In this document: piece by piece, positions 28,848 through 41,142 of the stretch
How the letters are laid out: each line of letters starts with the position of its first letter
How positions within the stretch are numbered: position 1 is the stretch's first letter
Program-made: the position numbers and the translations under genes
The notes under the pieces: generated by a model
The model's input: only the letters and a program-made list of their open reading frames with translations
Told to the model about the DNA's origin: nothing
Databases searched by the model: none
Origin: Eledone cirrhosa
Taxonomy: Eukaryota
Reading direction: 5' to 3'
DNA: 64,000 nucleotides
Assembly (NCBI GenBank): GCA_964016885.1
Contig: OZ024750.1
Location: 19,592,001-19,656,000 of the forward strand

Positions 28848-29075
28848 AAATATACACGGGTGTGTATGATTGTGTATAGAAGATTATATTAATAAAAGGA
28901 ATTCCAACTTTGTCTGATTTACTCGTTTTATTTACAATCCTTTAAAACTATAATGATATTATAATGAAATAGTATGGTAGAATATTAAATGTTAAGTGTT
29001 AATTGAACAAGGACTTTCATGCTTTCGCAATCTTCAGGTTCATGTTCAGTGGTGACAGTCAAGTTTGCAATTTTC
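28846..29075 (-). mobile_element. Single-arm PLE-like terminal repeat (family D) with hammerhead and tail
   Basis: Close homologue of 51144-51381; flanked by (GA)n and (TA)n. Confidence 0.75.
29004..29042 (-). ncRNA. Minimal type I hammerhead ribozyme motif
   Basis: Minus strand: UGAAC-CUGAAGA-U UGC GAAA GCA U-GAAA-GUCC-UU-GUUCA. Confidence 0.75.
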
Positions 29076-29086
29076 ATATATATATG

Positions 29087-29124
<38 letters not shown>

Positions 29125-29126
29125 GC

Positions 29127-29165
<39 letters not shown>

Positions 29166-29448
29166 CATACACACATATACAATTATATATATATATATAT
29201 TAGAAAGTGAGGCTTTTTTTTACAAAATGAAAAATAACCGAGGTGCCCTACACGAGTGAAAGTATAAAGAAAAAAAGCTGAAATCGAAAATGCAACTGGA
29301 GTCTTATTTACAATATATATATATATATTTATTTGGTTCCTTTACCGGATTCGCAGTCCTTCTGTTTTTCAAAAGTTGAGTTGAGATGGAGGGCCTGTGG
29401 TTTTTCTCACAGACACATGCATTATATATATATATATATATATAATGC

Positions 29449-29485
<37 letters not shown>

Positions 29486-29567
29486 GTTATTCCGGGTTGA
29501 ATCGGAGGTAACCACAGTAAGTAAGGTACTCAATACATTGCAGAGTATAAAAGTTTTAATATAGATG

Positions 29568-29618
29568 AGATTCTACAGGACTAGAACTGTTTCATTCTTT
29601 AGAAATCATCAGGAATCT
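29568..29618 (-). ncRNA. Type I hammerhead ribozyme motif
   Basis: Exact reverse complement of 30042-30092. Confidence 0.85.
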
Positions 29619-29957
29619 GGGTATCAAAAAATAAATATGGTATTTATAGGTCTCTACAAGTGGTAGGAGAGGGTGGGGAGTGGGATGAGTGTAGGTCATT
29701 GGTTGATAGAAAAGGGAATTCATTAAAAGCTAATTCTACAAAGCTATAGTTTATTTTTAATTTTTGTTTTTAGAGTAACAAAGGCAGACAGAATTCTATA
29801 AACAGGTTCCGGATGGCATACCATTCCTTGTCATTAAGTTTCTCTTAAGCTAACAGATGTCTATAAGATCAGTGGGTGGTCAGTCATGGTAGATAGAATT
29901 AAAAAATAAACTATAGCTTTGTAGAATTAGCTTTTAATGAATTCCCTTTTCTATCAA

Positions 29958-30019
29958 CCAATGACCTACACCCATCCCACTGCCCACCCTCTCCTACCAC
30001 TTGCAGAGACCTATAAATA
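29958..30019 (+). promoter_or_regulatory. Putative Pol II promoter in the terminal repeat (CCAAT box and TATA box)
   Basis: CCAAT at 29958-29962 and TATAAATA at 30012-30019, starting 30 nt before hammerhead stem I. Mirrored in the left arm. Confidence 0.5.
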
Positions 30020-30041
30020 CCATATTTATTTTTTGATACCC

Positions 30042-30092
30042 AGATTCCTGATGATTTCTAAAGAATGAAACAGTTCTAGTCCTGTAGAATCT
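30042..30092 (+). ncRNA. Type I hammerhead ribozyme motif, predicted GUA cleavage after 30086
   Basis: Stem I AGAUUC/GAAUCU; core CUGAUGA; stem II U UUC UAAA GAA U; GAAA; stem III CAG-UUCUAGUC-CUG; then UA. Confidence 0.85.
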
Positions 30093-30104
30093 CATCTATA
30101 TTAA

Positions 30105-30145
<41 letters not shown>

Positions 30146-30162
30146 CATCTCATCTATATTAA

Positions 30163-30203
<41 letters not shown>

Positions 30204-30223
30204 CATACACACATACACATATA

Positions 30224-30264
<41 letters not shown>

Positions 30265-33200
30265 TAGTATTTGAATACAGTTTTCGTTATATAGATAAAC
30301 GTACTTAAATATATAGTGATAATTGACCTGGGAATATGCGCTGTTCCTTTACATTTTGCCTGCAATCCTACCATATACTGTATTGTGTGAATACCGATAT
30401 TGTTTACATTGGCTCCGCACGGGCGTAATAGGAATTACACGCAAGAACAGCAAAATCAATATGCAATATATTGTGATATTTACTCAAAGAGCTGGAGATG
30501 AGAATTTTATTTCTTGAGGCCGTTACTCTCCCATTCGTCTTCATATATATAGCAATTATTGCCAAAATCTGTTCATACAAATATTCAGTTGGTGGAATTT
30601 TCTTTTAATTACTCTATCAATATCTCATGTAGAATATTCCAGAAAGGCACTAGCCAAGGCATCTGAGAATATATTAACCTACATCCCTGCAGCATGCATC
30701 GACAAAATAATGTTATACCAATGCGTCGAATTGGCAAAGTTTTGGGAATTTGGGTTAGTATCCTTTCAAATCTTTGGGCTCGAATTTCAAATCTAGCCGA
30801 GATCAAATTTACCTTTTATCGTTTCATGGTCGACAAAATTTCACATATTTCTGCATCATATATCGACAAAATAATTATACCAAAATGATATAGCTGGAAG
30901 AATCGTTAGAATTTCGGATAGAATACTTCACAACACTCGCTCCCACTCTCTACGTGATGATTTCAGATTCCGACGAAGACAACTTTACTTTCTGTTACTT
31001 CGAGGTCAATATGAAATATAGCATTCCAGTACTAGGTTACATCTTTTCACCCCCCCCCTCTCTCCTTCTTTCACTCTTTCTTTCTCACACAAACATTTTT
31101 CTGGAAAGAAGCTGAAAACATGAGAGGGATGGGATCCAGAGGATTTAGAATTCCCAAACTCACAGTAAACCATGATGGTGGCTCTACGATTCCTTCGAGG
31201 TTTCAGGCCCCATATATGGGCGGCTGTAGTTCTACAGGGATCTCTATGTGATCTCACGACTAGCGGCTATATTGTTTCGAGTTACACGCAACATTTTTTT
31301 TTATAAATTACGGAAATTAATTTATTTTCCAACAGCATCCAAGAAGAAATAATTATGTGTTAAGGAATATATCCCTTAAGATCTATAAAATCTATAAGAT
31401 CCTTCGATTTGTCAGAAATGGCAATCATATTTCTCGAAATATATGCCAACATATATAAATAAAAGAACTATAATCCCGAATCTAAGTGTTGGTTACGGCC
31501 GGAACGTAACATCTCATCATATGTATACTTAGTTATATCTGGCCACGAACTAAATATCAGCAATTGATATACTTATTACAATAATGATAAATATATCATG
31601 AGTGTTTATGTAGGTGCAGGTACACCTCTGTTATTAAAATCTTCATTTCACATCTATGTGGTTTCCCTTCGTGTGGGCTTCTGGGTTTGGGAATGTGTCT
31701 GCTATAACCAATGCCTCACGAGAAGTAAAATTAAGAAGTGGCTTTCTAATTATGTGACCCTTTACAAATAAAAGGGGAGAAAAAGCACAATATATAAATG
31801 AATTACAGATAAATGATGGATGGCCATGTTTTGAAATCTTCTAGTCTCGAACTAGATAGACCTGAGCAGACCTGAGGCTTATGAACATGAACGCAATCGA
31901 AAGAGACATAAAAATGCCCTGCAACAATATACTTAAAAAACATGTATACTTTCTTGTTACAAAACATATTTTTTCTGCTGTTGATAGAAAACGATTTCAT
32001 GAATTATTTTTATTTATTGCTGTAAATTTCATTAAAAACAAGGATTTCTTTCTTATACATTTTCCTATCACGTTTACATACTCCTATTCATTCTTTCGTG
32101 TTCTCTTTTTCTATTTTATTCGTCCCCTTTTCACCGTTTCTTTTTTTATTATGCCTATAATCCTTTCTCCCACATCATAAGATAAAGAAAAAAGAACGAT
32201 AAATATAAAGTAAATATGATAGTTTTTTTGTTTGTTTTTCCAATGAATACAATGACTCATCGATGAAATAATTGTTCTAGATTCAACATACAACCTCTAA
32301 TAAAGTCACTTACCAGGCAAATCCATCTTCTACCATGTGATTGCTTTAGCTTTAACAAACAATCGCGGATCAAGGTACTTGTTAAACATGTACTACTGTG
32401 ATAAAATAACCCGTCCAGGTTTTTGTGGTATTAGACTCAATGAATATCTCTGGTACAAGTGTGACTAATTTGACACATCTACAACGTATTTGATTTAAGT
32501 TTAACGCGTTCTGAGATAAAATTACTTGCCAGAAAAGCAGATCTCTGACTAAATTTTTCTTCATCTATGTAATTGTTTGAGCCTCAATACACTATGTCAT
32601 ATGAAGTCACTTGCCAGATACATGCATCAATGATACTAAATTATTTTTGTAAATCAGAAAAAAGAAAAACACTAATGATTTTTATAGATTTTGGAAATGG
32701 AAAATTGTAATTTAAGCAAACACCATGTTATTGCAGTTGGGGATCCCATAAGTGTATTATCAATAACTATTATAATTGGAAGAGAAATACGTTGCAACAC
32801 ACCTCAATAATGTCAGATTTGTCAATACGAAAACCAATCTGCTCTCAGATCAGATTATTCATATAAAATTCTATATATTTGCATAAATCCTAGCAGTTTC
32901 TCGAATCCAATATTTTCAGATTCCATTCAATCAACATTAGGAAAACTTACCATGATTACGTATGTATGTATGTATATATGCATGTATGCATATATGCATG
33001 AATGTATTAATATGTGCTTCGGTATGTATCTATATGATTATGCACGTACAAATTACATACACATGCATGCACGCATATATATATATATATATTTATGTAT
33101 GCGCGTGTTCAATTCCTCAGGGCTCTGGCGAATATACAGTATAACATATACACATTCTTGGCAATGTATATGATATTAGAGAATCAATGCTTATTCTGCT

Positions 33201-33853
33201 TGTTTGTTGGCAATGTCTGGTATATTTGATCCTTCAGCAATTGCCTTAGAGTTTTGTTAAGCTTTTTCACACGTTACCTAATCCCTTGATACAACACTAT
33301 AGAAATAAAATGAAGCATTATGAAAGAATATATTTTATTGATAGCTAATAGCAAATGTAAATGCAATCTCATGGTTTTTACAGCCTGATTGAAATGCAAA
33401 ATTTCAGTAAGATCTGAATGTACGCTTGGAAAACAATTGGGGATTTCTTTCGTTATATATATCTATATTTTCTATTTATCTATTCAAATACAAATTTCTG
33501 AATTGTGTTGACGACATTATTGTGTCAAAACTCTTTTTAGCAAGATATCTTCTGCATCATATCTGGTAAAAAATATAGAATTGAATATAGGAAGTAGCAT
33601 AAACTATGTCGGAGTGCTTTTATATATATATATATAATCTTCGGTTAGCTTCCCCCTGTGTTGTTTACTTGTCTCACTCGCTTTACGCGTTTCTATTGTC
33701 CCAATAACTTATTTTAGTTATTATCGCTCCAACGTGAGGTATATGATTTTTAATGCGATGAAATACCCATGATCGTTTGGTAAATCACTGATGAGGGACT
33801 CATTTTATAACATGTTATCCATGTGCAACCAGCAGTATTCTTCTCACCCATAT

Positions 33854-33930
<77 letters not shown>

Positions 33931-33959
33931 AGTGCTGAATCGTCTAATAAAATAATGGA

Positions 33960-34280
33960 TCTACTCTAGTGCGATCCCTGATACCCACTGTGGATTTAAA
34001 CCTCTGTGGGGTACTATAGACATGGCCCATCAGCTTATGGAGATATACGTTGTGCAACAAATGACACTAGACCAAGTATTTATTATAACTGACATCCTTC
34101 AACCCTTGAGCTATATAAAATGCAACCTCCATAATTTCCTACATTACGATCGCTGCTAACACCTGACAAATGCGTCATGGGTATGGCCAATGATTCTGAA
34201 GATGAAGCCTGAAGCTGTCAATTCTTTAAGTATTGATACCCACATTCATTAAGGTAGGCTATTGCTCTAAACTACTGCAT
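33960..34280 (+). pseudogene. Decayed RTE/BovB-like RT remnant
   Basis: IPDTHCGFKPLWGTIDM..LMEI..QQM.LDQVFI resembles LPESQCGFRxxRGTxDM..LQEK..EQ..L..VFID. Confidence 0.6.
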
Positions 34281-34965
34281 AAATGGCTGATCAGGGCATA
34301 CAAAACCTCCGTAATAAAAATGATCAAAATTAAGTTCAGTCGTATTTTACATGTAAATATATTTCTTTAAACACATTTTATGCAAGATATATATAATGCA
34401 TTGGCATGAAGCTTAAGCAATATATATGTATTTGAAAAGTATTACTTTTGAAATCTTTCAAATTGTCGTTATTTTACACAAAGGAGAAACTGGCGATTTC
34501 CAGTAATCTTTTGTGAATTAGAATAGTCATGTTTTAGTTCGTAATGGATTTTGTGTATTCAATGAATATTTAAGAATCTGTTCAAATATCATAAATGGGA
34601 TATCGAAAATAAAACGTATTGACATTCGAATTAAATTAACAAATGTGATTTTATGTCACTCCAATTCCAAGAGTAGGAAAATAGCTAGAGTTCATGATTT
34701 TTAAAATATCAACGAATTGATTATTTCTACAATACTAATGTTCATGGAATTCATAACTTCAACCTGGAAAGTTCTTTGTTTTCTTTCTTTCTTTCATTCT
34801 TTCTCTCTTTTCATTTTGTTTCTTTGTTTGTTTGTTTCTTTGTTTGTTTCTTTCTTTCACTCGTTCTTTCTTGCTTTCTTCCTTCAAATCAATGATACTC
34901 CTCCTCATCATCATCGTCATCATCATTAACGTCGTCGTTATCCTCGTCACCTTCTTCTTGTAGTA

Positions 34966-35003
<38 letters not shown>

Positions 35004-35399
35004 TATTATTATTATTATGCCATTCCAACAAGTTATTAAATCTACTATTCATGCTTTTCAGAATATATCAATAGAAACATGTCTCACATGAAAGTTATAA
35101 ATATCTGCAAAACCATGCAGAGAAATGCACTTTGGTAACAAATTATTGGTGAGAATGCTATTTCATGACTTGCACACACTGCATATTTCATAAAGCATGA
35201 TTCTACCCAGTTGAATTCTAAAAGCATATGAGTTTATATAATTCCACTTGTGCCATAATTTTACCGAGGAATGAATACTTTACATAACTACAAGACTCGC
35301 TACTCAGGTAATATAGCATTTATGTGTTTTTACATAGGATAGCGTGATCAATAAGTATATTGTGATTCAGAACTATGTTAATTGGACGACATGGTCACT

Positions 35400-35778
35400 T
35401 CAGAAGCCCTCTACTTTCCAGAAACTCAACATGAGACTTATGACTGACAAGTGGCTCAGCGACGTACCTCTATCAGTGAGCTGCTCAACATTACCAAACT
35501 TAGACCAATTACATCAATGGTCAAGTCAAGAGTACTCAAACTATACGGTCATATAAAACGATCAACTCGAGGTGTGAGTAGGTTATGCCTGGATGGAAGG
35601 TTGGCTGGTAGGAGAAGCAGAAGCCGGCAGCCAAATCGATGGCTTGACAATGTCAACTTATGGGTTGGACTCGATTCTTGCTCTTTGAAATCTGTTGCTA
35701 GTGATCGAACTTTGTGGAGAGATATATCACATGTTAATGCGCAGTCTGCAACTGGCGGAGTTTGGCGTCACAAGAAGA
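35400..35778 (+). pseudogene. 5'-truncated RTE-clade LINE ORF C-terminus
   Basis: ORF 35451-35837 contains LKLYGHIKR..LDGRLAGRRSRSRQPNRWLDNV..ASDRTLWR, typical of RTE ends. Short AAG repeat at ~35771. Confidence 0.8.
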
Positions 35779-36562
35779 TTCAGAACGCGGTTGAGGCGAT
35801 TCATATTTTAAATAGGCCATTTGTCAGTTTCCATTAGATGAATTTATAAAAAAGAGTGATGCAGGTTGATTGCAGTAGAGGGGTGTATGTAAGAAGATTA
35901 TCTATGGCAATATGTCAAATTAACTGAAATAATTGTTCTATACTACGTGTGGTCTGTTTACTGCTAATGGCTGCTGCAATTGAATAATACAGATTCCTTT
36001 GGATTGCTCCTACATCTGATATCTTGGTTATACCGGATATTTTTATTGTTATGTTTTCTAATGAATTATAGATGTCTTTTATCTAATTTCCATTAAACAG
36101 ATTATGTTATAGATAACTGATATTGAAAATGCATTTATTATTAAAAGTAAATATTTAATTGTATAAGATGTTAGGTCCATGGTGTGGAACGTAGACAGTA
36201 ACCCATATGGTGCATATTTTCCTACTTTCAATGTATGTACTTTTCCCACAGAAAATCTCTCCCTATATATATATATATATATATATAGCGGCGATGAATT
36301 AGTTTTGCGAGGTTTTTTATATGAAATCGTGTGTCGAAACAGATATTGTTATATTTGGGGAGGGTCATATTTGCGTAATATTGCCAGAATTAATAACAGA
36401 ACACACTCACTGTTTGGTTGGTTTTCGCTTCTCGCTGTCTTTTATATATATATATCTGCGATCTAACTTACTCGGTCCTCAATGTTGCCATTGACTGACC
36501 GGCGGTCAAAAATAATACAGATACAATATAGACAAACACATATATATATAGTTTACATAATT

Positions 36563-36606
36563 TACATAAATCTTTCGTTGCACATCTGCAACATCGTCAG
36601 TGGTGT
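36563..36606 (-). ncRNA. Hammerhead-like motif (mirror of 38117-38160)
   Basis: Core and stem II intact; stem I weak. Confidence 0.55.
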
Positions 36607-36874
36607 TATATTCATTGTTCCTCCTGTTGTGTTGTATGTCTACGCCATTTTTTTTGTGTTCAGTCTGTCTATATATTTATTTATTTATTTGCTTGTTTGT
36701 TTATCTTATTTTATTTTGTCTTCTTTGCGCATGCGTTTGCGTGTGTGTATAGTGTTATGTGTGATGTGTGACTAGTGTGTATAGTGTTGTGTCTGCTGGG
36801 TGACTAGTGTGTGTTTATGTGCTTGTGTATGTATTTATTTATCTTATTTTATTTAATTTAATTTACTTATTTAT

Positions 36875-37348
36875 TTATACTTCTCTTAGGTCAGTGTTGT
36901 TTGTTTGGGTGTTGTTGTTGTTCCACTCATTCTTTCTGTTTAGCTTTGGTCTTCTAATTTCTATTTCACTGGCCTCTCTGATTTGCCTATCTGCTGGGTC
37001 ATTCCTATGTTTAGATATTATTCTAATTTCTATGTTGTCTATGTTACCGTCATGTTGTTGTCTAGCATGTTCGTATAGTACTGACCCGTTTTTTCGTCCT
37101 TTTAGTTCCCCCCAGTGTTGGTCTATCCTTTCACCTATGCTACGAGCTGTCTCACCTATGTATGTTGTTGTCGTGTTTCTGCAAGTACCCTCTGTACATC
37201 TTATGCTATAGACTACGTTTCTAGTTTTACAGTTTATCCGGGGGTTCACCTTACATATGATACATTTCCTATTGGTACAGTGGGTTTTCTTAAAAGGGTA
37301 GGTTTTGCTGATCAGGGATTTTATGGTGGTTCCTGGCTTTTCTACCAC
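36875..37348 (-). CDS. Partial PLE ORF: Cys-rich linker plus GIY-YIG endonuclease (5'-truncated, no RT)
   Basis: CxxxxCxxC..C..NVVYSIRC..C..YIGETARSIGERIDQH..RQIREA..LNRKNEW. The GTG start is only the truncation point. Confidence 0.85.
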   Translation of the reverse strand: MVEKPGTTIKSLISKTYPFKKTHCTNRKCIICKVNPRINCKTRNVVYSIRCTEGTCRNTTTTYIGETARSIGERIDQHWGELKGRKNGSVLYEHARQQHDGNIDNIEIRIISKHRNDPADRQIREASEIEIRRPKLNRKNEWNNNNTQTNNTDLREV

Positions 37349-37374
37349 CTTTATTTTTTTTTTTTTTTTTTAAG

Positions 37375-37848
37375 GTGGTAGAAAAGCCAGGAACCACCAT
37401 AAAATCCCTGATCAGCAAAACCTACCCTTTTAAGAAAACCCACTGTACCAATAGGAAATGTATCATATGTAAGGTGAACCCCCGGATAAACTGTAAAACT
37501 AGAAACGTAGTCTATAGCATAAGATGTACAGAGGGTACTTGCAGAAACACGACAACAACATACATAGGTGAGACAGCTCGTAGCATAGGTGAAAGGATAG
37601 ACCAACACTGGGGGGAACTAAAAGGACGAAAAAACGGGTCAGTACTATACGAACATGCTAGACAACAACATGACGGTAACATAGACAACATAGAAATTAG
37701 AATAATATCTAAACATAGGAATGACCCAGCAGATAGGCAAATCAGAGAGGCCAGTGAAATAGAAATTAGAAGACCAAAGCTAAACAGAAAGAATGAGTGG
37801 AACAACAACAACACCCAAACAAACAACACTGACCTAAGAGAAGTATAA
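37375..37848 (+). CDS. Partial PLE ORF: Cys-rich linker plus GIY-YIG endonuclease (identical inverted copy)
   Basis: Same 157-aa translation as 36875-37348 in the ORF track. Confidence 0.85.
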   Translation: MVEKPGTTIKSLISKTYPFKKTHCTNRKCIICKVNPRINCKTRNVVYSIRCTEGTCRNTTTTYIGETARSIGERIDQHWGELKGRKNGSVLYEHARQQHDGNIDNIEIRIISKHRNDPADRQIREASEIEIRRPKLNRKNEWNNNNTQTNNTDLREV

Positions 37849-38116
37849 ATAAATAAGTAAATTAAATTAAATAAAATAAGATAAATAAATACATACACAA
37901 GCACATAAACACACACTAGTCACCCAGCAGACACAACACTATACACACTAGTCACACATCACACATAACACTATACACACACGCAAACGCATGCGCAAAG
38001 AAGACAAAATAAAATAAGATAAACAAACAAGCAAATAAATAAATAAATATATAGACAGACTGAACACAAAAAAAATGGCGTAGACATACAACACAACAGG
38101 AGGAACAATGAATATA

Positions 38117-38160
38117 ACACCACTGACGATGTTGCAGATGTGCAACGAAAGATTTATGTA
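38117..38160 (+). ncRNA. Hammerhead-like motif in the PLE 3' terminal repeat
   Basis: CA-CUGACGA-U-GUUGCA GAUG UGCAAC-GAAA-GAUU-UA-UG. Only 2 bp of stem I are evident. Confidence 0.55.
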
Positions 38161-38374
38161 AATTATGTAAACTATATATATATGTGTTTGTCTATATTGT
38201 ATCTGTATTATTTTTGACCGCCGGTCAGTCAATGGCAACATTGAGGACCGAGTAAGTTAGATCGCAGATATATATATATATAAAAGACAGCGAGAAGCGA
38301 AAACCAACCAAACAGTGAGTGTGTTCTGTTATTAATTCTGGCAATATTACGCAAATATGACCCTCCCCAAATAT

Positions 38375-38402
<28 letters not shown>

Positions 38403-38405
<3 letters not shown>

Positions 38406-38591
38406 GGAAAATGTATGACCCCATGCAGAGCTCAAGAGGTTTAGACGGCTATTTCTGGGCACAAATAGCCGCCGAAACGGCTTGAGCTCTGCCGTCAGGG
38501 TCATACATTATCCTATTAACCACTCTACTACCCTAAGTATTGAGTACTCTGGTGCGTTATGGTCCATCTGGTTCCTTACCAGAACTCATTC

Positions 38592-38596
<5 letters not shown>
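38403..38596. mobile_element. Short PLE-like terminal palindrome (family B), opposite orientation to 3455-3647
   Basis: Imperfect hairpin 38403-38516. Tail 38517-38596 is homologous to the reverse complement of 3455-3531. TA-flanked. Confidence 0.7.
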
Positions 38597-38635
<39 letters not shown>

Positions 38636-38642
38636 GTGTACA

Positions 38643-38674
<32 letters not shown>

Positions 38675-38675
38675 C

Positions 38676-38718
<43 letters not shown>

Positions 38719-38752
38719 GTATGTTTGGAAACATACATATACACACACGCAT

Positions 38753-38794
<42 letters not shown>

Positions 38795-38808
38795 ACATCT
38801 AAAAAAAA

Positions 38809-39080
38809 AGTCTGAAGTCTGTCTTAAGCCAGAAGGCTCATTTGGCCGCTGTTTATCCCGGTTTCATGGCGTGAAGCGACTGAGAGTACTAGACTCCCCG
38901 CTGGACAGGACGCAGTCCATCGCAGGGTTAAATCCCCAGCTATTTCTGGTACTCATGTTTCAGCTGAGTATACTGGAGCAACGTGAAATGAAGAGTTTTG
39001 CTCAAGAACACAACACGCAACCAAGGAATCGAGCCCACGACATTATGATCCAACACCCTTACCACTAGGCCACGTGCCTC
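38809..39080 (-). mobile_element. tRNA-derived CORE-like SINE
   Basis: Homologous to 8812-9084 along its length. Confidence 0.8.
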
Positions 39081-39088
39081 CACCGGAG

Positions 39089-39119
<31 letters not shown>

Positions 39120-39120
39120 A

Positions 39121-39554
39121 GAACTCCAGGTTGTGAATAGCTCATCAGTACTCCACCAATATGCCAAAATAGAACATAGGGGCACATAGAGATGAGAATT
39201 ATATCCACACACAGAAAAAATGCAATGCTCAGACACACACAAAACCAAATTAACAAAACAAATCAGACTCACACAGATAGAAGAAACAACCAACTAGTGA
39301 TGAGTAAATAAACATAAATAAATAAAATAAAACACACACAGAAAACCAAGATGGCGTTGGACAGCAGAAAGGCGAGAGATAAAATAAAAACCTAGTTACT
39401 GAGAGTTCACAGAATGTGTGCCGAAAGAACTTTGACAATTCATATACACCTTCCGGTTATCGAACCAATCAAGCTGAAACTTATGATAAATGAAAATGAA
39501 AACCATGAGGTGCGTGTGATTTTATGCGCAGCATGATCATCCCAAAGTATAACA

Positions 39555-39557
<3 letters not shown>
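39121..39557 (+). mobile_element. Decayed family A PLE 3' fragment
   Basis: ELQVVNSSSVLHQYAKIEHRG..IEMRIISTHRKNAMLR aligns with the GIY-YIG C-terminus. Decayed hammerhead at ~39394-39438. Ends CCCAAAGTATAACAATA(TA)n like 38382 and 46370. Confidence 0.75.
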
Positions 39558-39601
<44 letters not shown>

Positions 39602-40175
39602 CAGACACATATATTTTCTTTTTTTTCCTGGAATATGTTTCCTAATAGTGGTACCTTTTGCAAAATAATAAACATTTCTGGAGCAGACATATTGAAAGTG
39701 ATATGTAACTGATAATTGTTTTCTATTAAGAACTGAGGTAATGATACATTAGATACTGATGTGGAAAGATCCTGGTAGTTCATATAATTTATGAAATGTT
39801 CTATTCAGTTGTGAATTGATCATAATTCGAATAAATCTTTTTTATATGACATTCACTTTCACAGAACTATCTTGATTTATTTAACTTGTATTATACAGCT
39901 TACGTGAGAGCGTTTGAGAAGTGACAGTTTATGAACTAGTTATCAAGATTATAGCTGCTACTTGAAATGTGCATTCCCAAAGGACATCTGAATTTATTTG
40001 AATACATTTCTAAAAAATGCAATTATTTATTTAAGGAAATTTTTTTAGAAGGCAACACTTTTATTCCACATATATAATACATGGATACATAAAGCATACA
40101 TACATAATTATATGCACATACACACGCATATATGCACACATATTCATACACTTACACACACTTAAATATACCCCT

Positions 40176-40244
<69 letters not shown>

Positions 40245-40492
40245 CACACCAATCTTAATATAGTTTCTTACCACTACGTATACAATTGCTTTAAATAAAA
40301 AAAATAGTTATTACCTTTCTATCTCTATGACAGCATCTCATTAGAAAGTCAAGTTAGAAATGAGTTTTGTTTTTATCCAATAACGTTATGTATCTATATT
40401 CTAACTTCAGTAATATATTCTTTAATATATCTATTTATGCATAGCGTATATGTTTTTATTCTGTAGTTTATTTCTAATTTATTTTTTTAATT

Positions 40493-40682
40493 TCCTAATC
40501 TAAATATCCTATTTACAAAAAACTAAATCAAATTTTTGCATCGTGATAATTATTGATCCTTCAATGCTAAGGTGCATACAACCTCCAAAGAAAATTATGT
40601 ACATAAATACATGCTTTTATATACACTTATATTCATGCATATATATATATAGGCATACCTATAAATAATATACTCATGTGCA

Positions 40683-40721
<39 letters not shown>

Positions 40722-41073
40722 ATGCACATGAGTATAATATGTATAGGTATGCCTGTATATATGCATGATATATATATATATATATATATATTCATGCATA
40801 TATATATATATATATTCATGCATATATACAGGCATACCTATAAATATTATACTCATGTGCATGCATATATATATATATATATATATATGCACATGAGTAT
40901 AATATTTATCGGTATGCCTATATATATGCATGAATATAAGTGTATATAAAAGCATGTATTTGTGTAGATAAATTTTCTTTTGGGGTTGTATGCACCATAG
41001 CATTGAAAGATCAATAATTATCACGATGCAAACATTTGATTTAGTTTTTGAAAATAGGATATTTAGATTAGGA
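40493..41073. repeat. Nested inverted duplication around (TA)n tracts
   Basis: Arms ~40493-40686 and ~40887-41073. An inner ~55-bp unit occurs four times, forward-reverse-forward-reverse. Confidence 0.8.
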
Positions 41074-41142
41074 TAAAAAAAAAAAAAGATATATAGATAG
41101 ATATGTGAGTGTATGTATATCTATCTATCTATCTATCTATCT

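Larger units (their letters stand above)
29482..30108. mobile_element. PLE-like asymmetric palindrome (family C), in (TA)n
   Basis: Inverted arms 29552-29762 and 29897-30108, spacer 29763-29896, one-sided tail 29482-29551. Each arm has CCAAT, TATA and a hammerhead. Confidence 0.8.
36288..38382. mobile_element. Penelope-like retroelement (family A): 2.1-kb inverted dimer of 5'-truncated copies, in (TA)n
   Basis: Arms 36343-37351 and 37372-38382 are near-identical reverse complements. Spacer is TA+T18; tail is 36288-36342. Each arm has a GIY-YIG ORF end and a hammerhead-like motif. Confidence 0.9.

Noticed and set aside
33750-33830. GAAATACC...CTGATGAGGGACTC as a hammerhead
   Set aside because: Core words are present but I could not build consistent stems in any topology.
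36482-38241. Hydrophobic mirror ORFs (97, 134, 88 and 85 aa)
   Set aside because: Antisense or alternative frames of the PLE arms, duplicated only by the palindrome.
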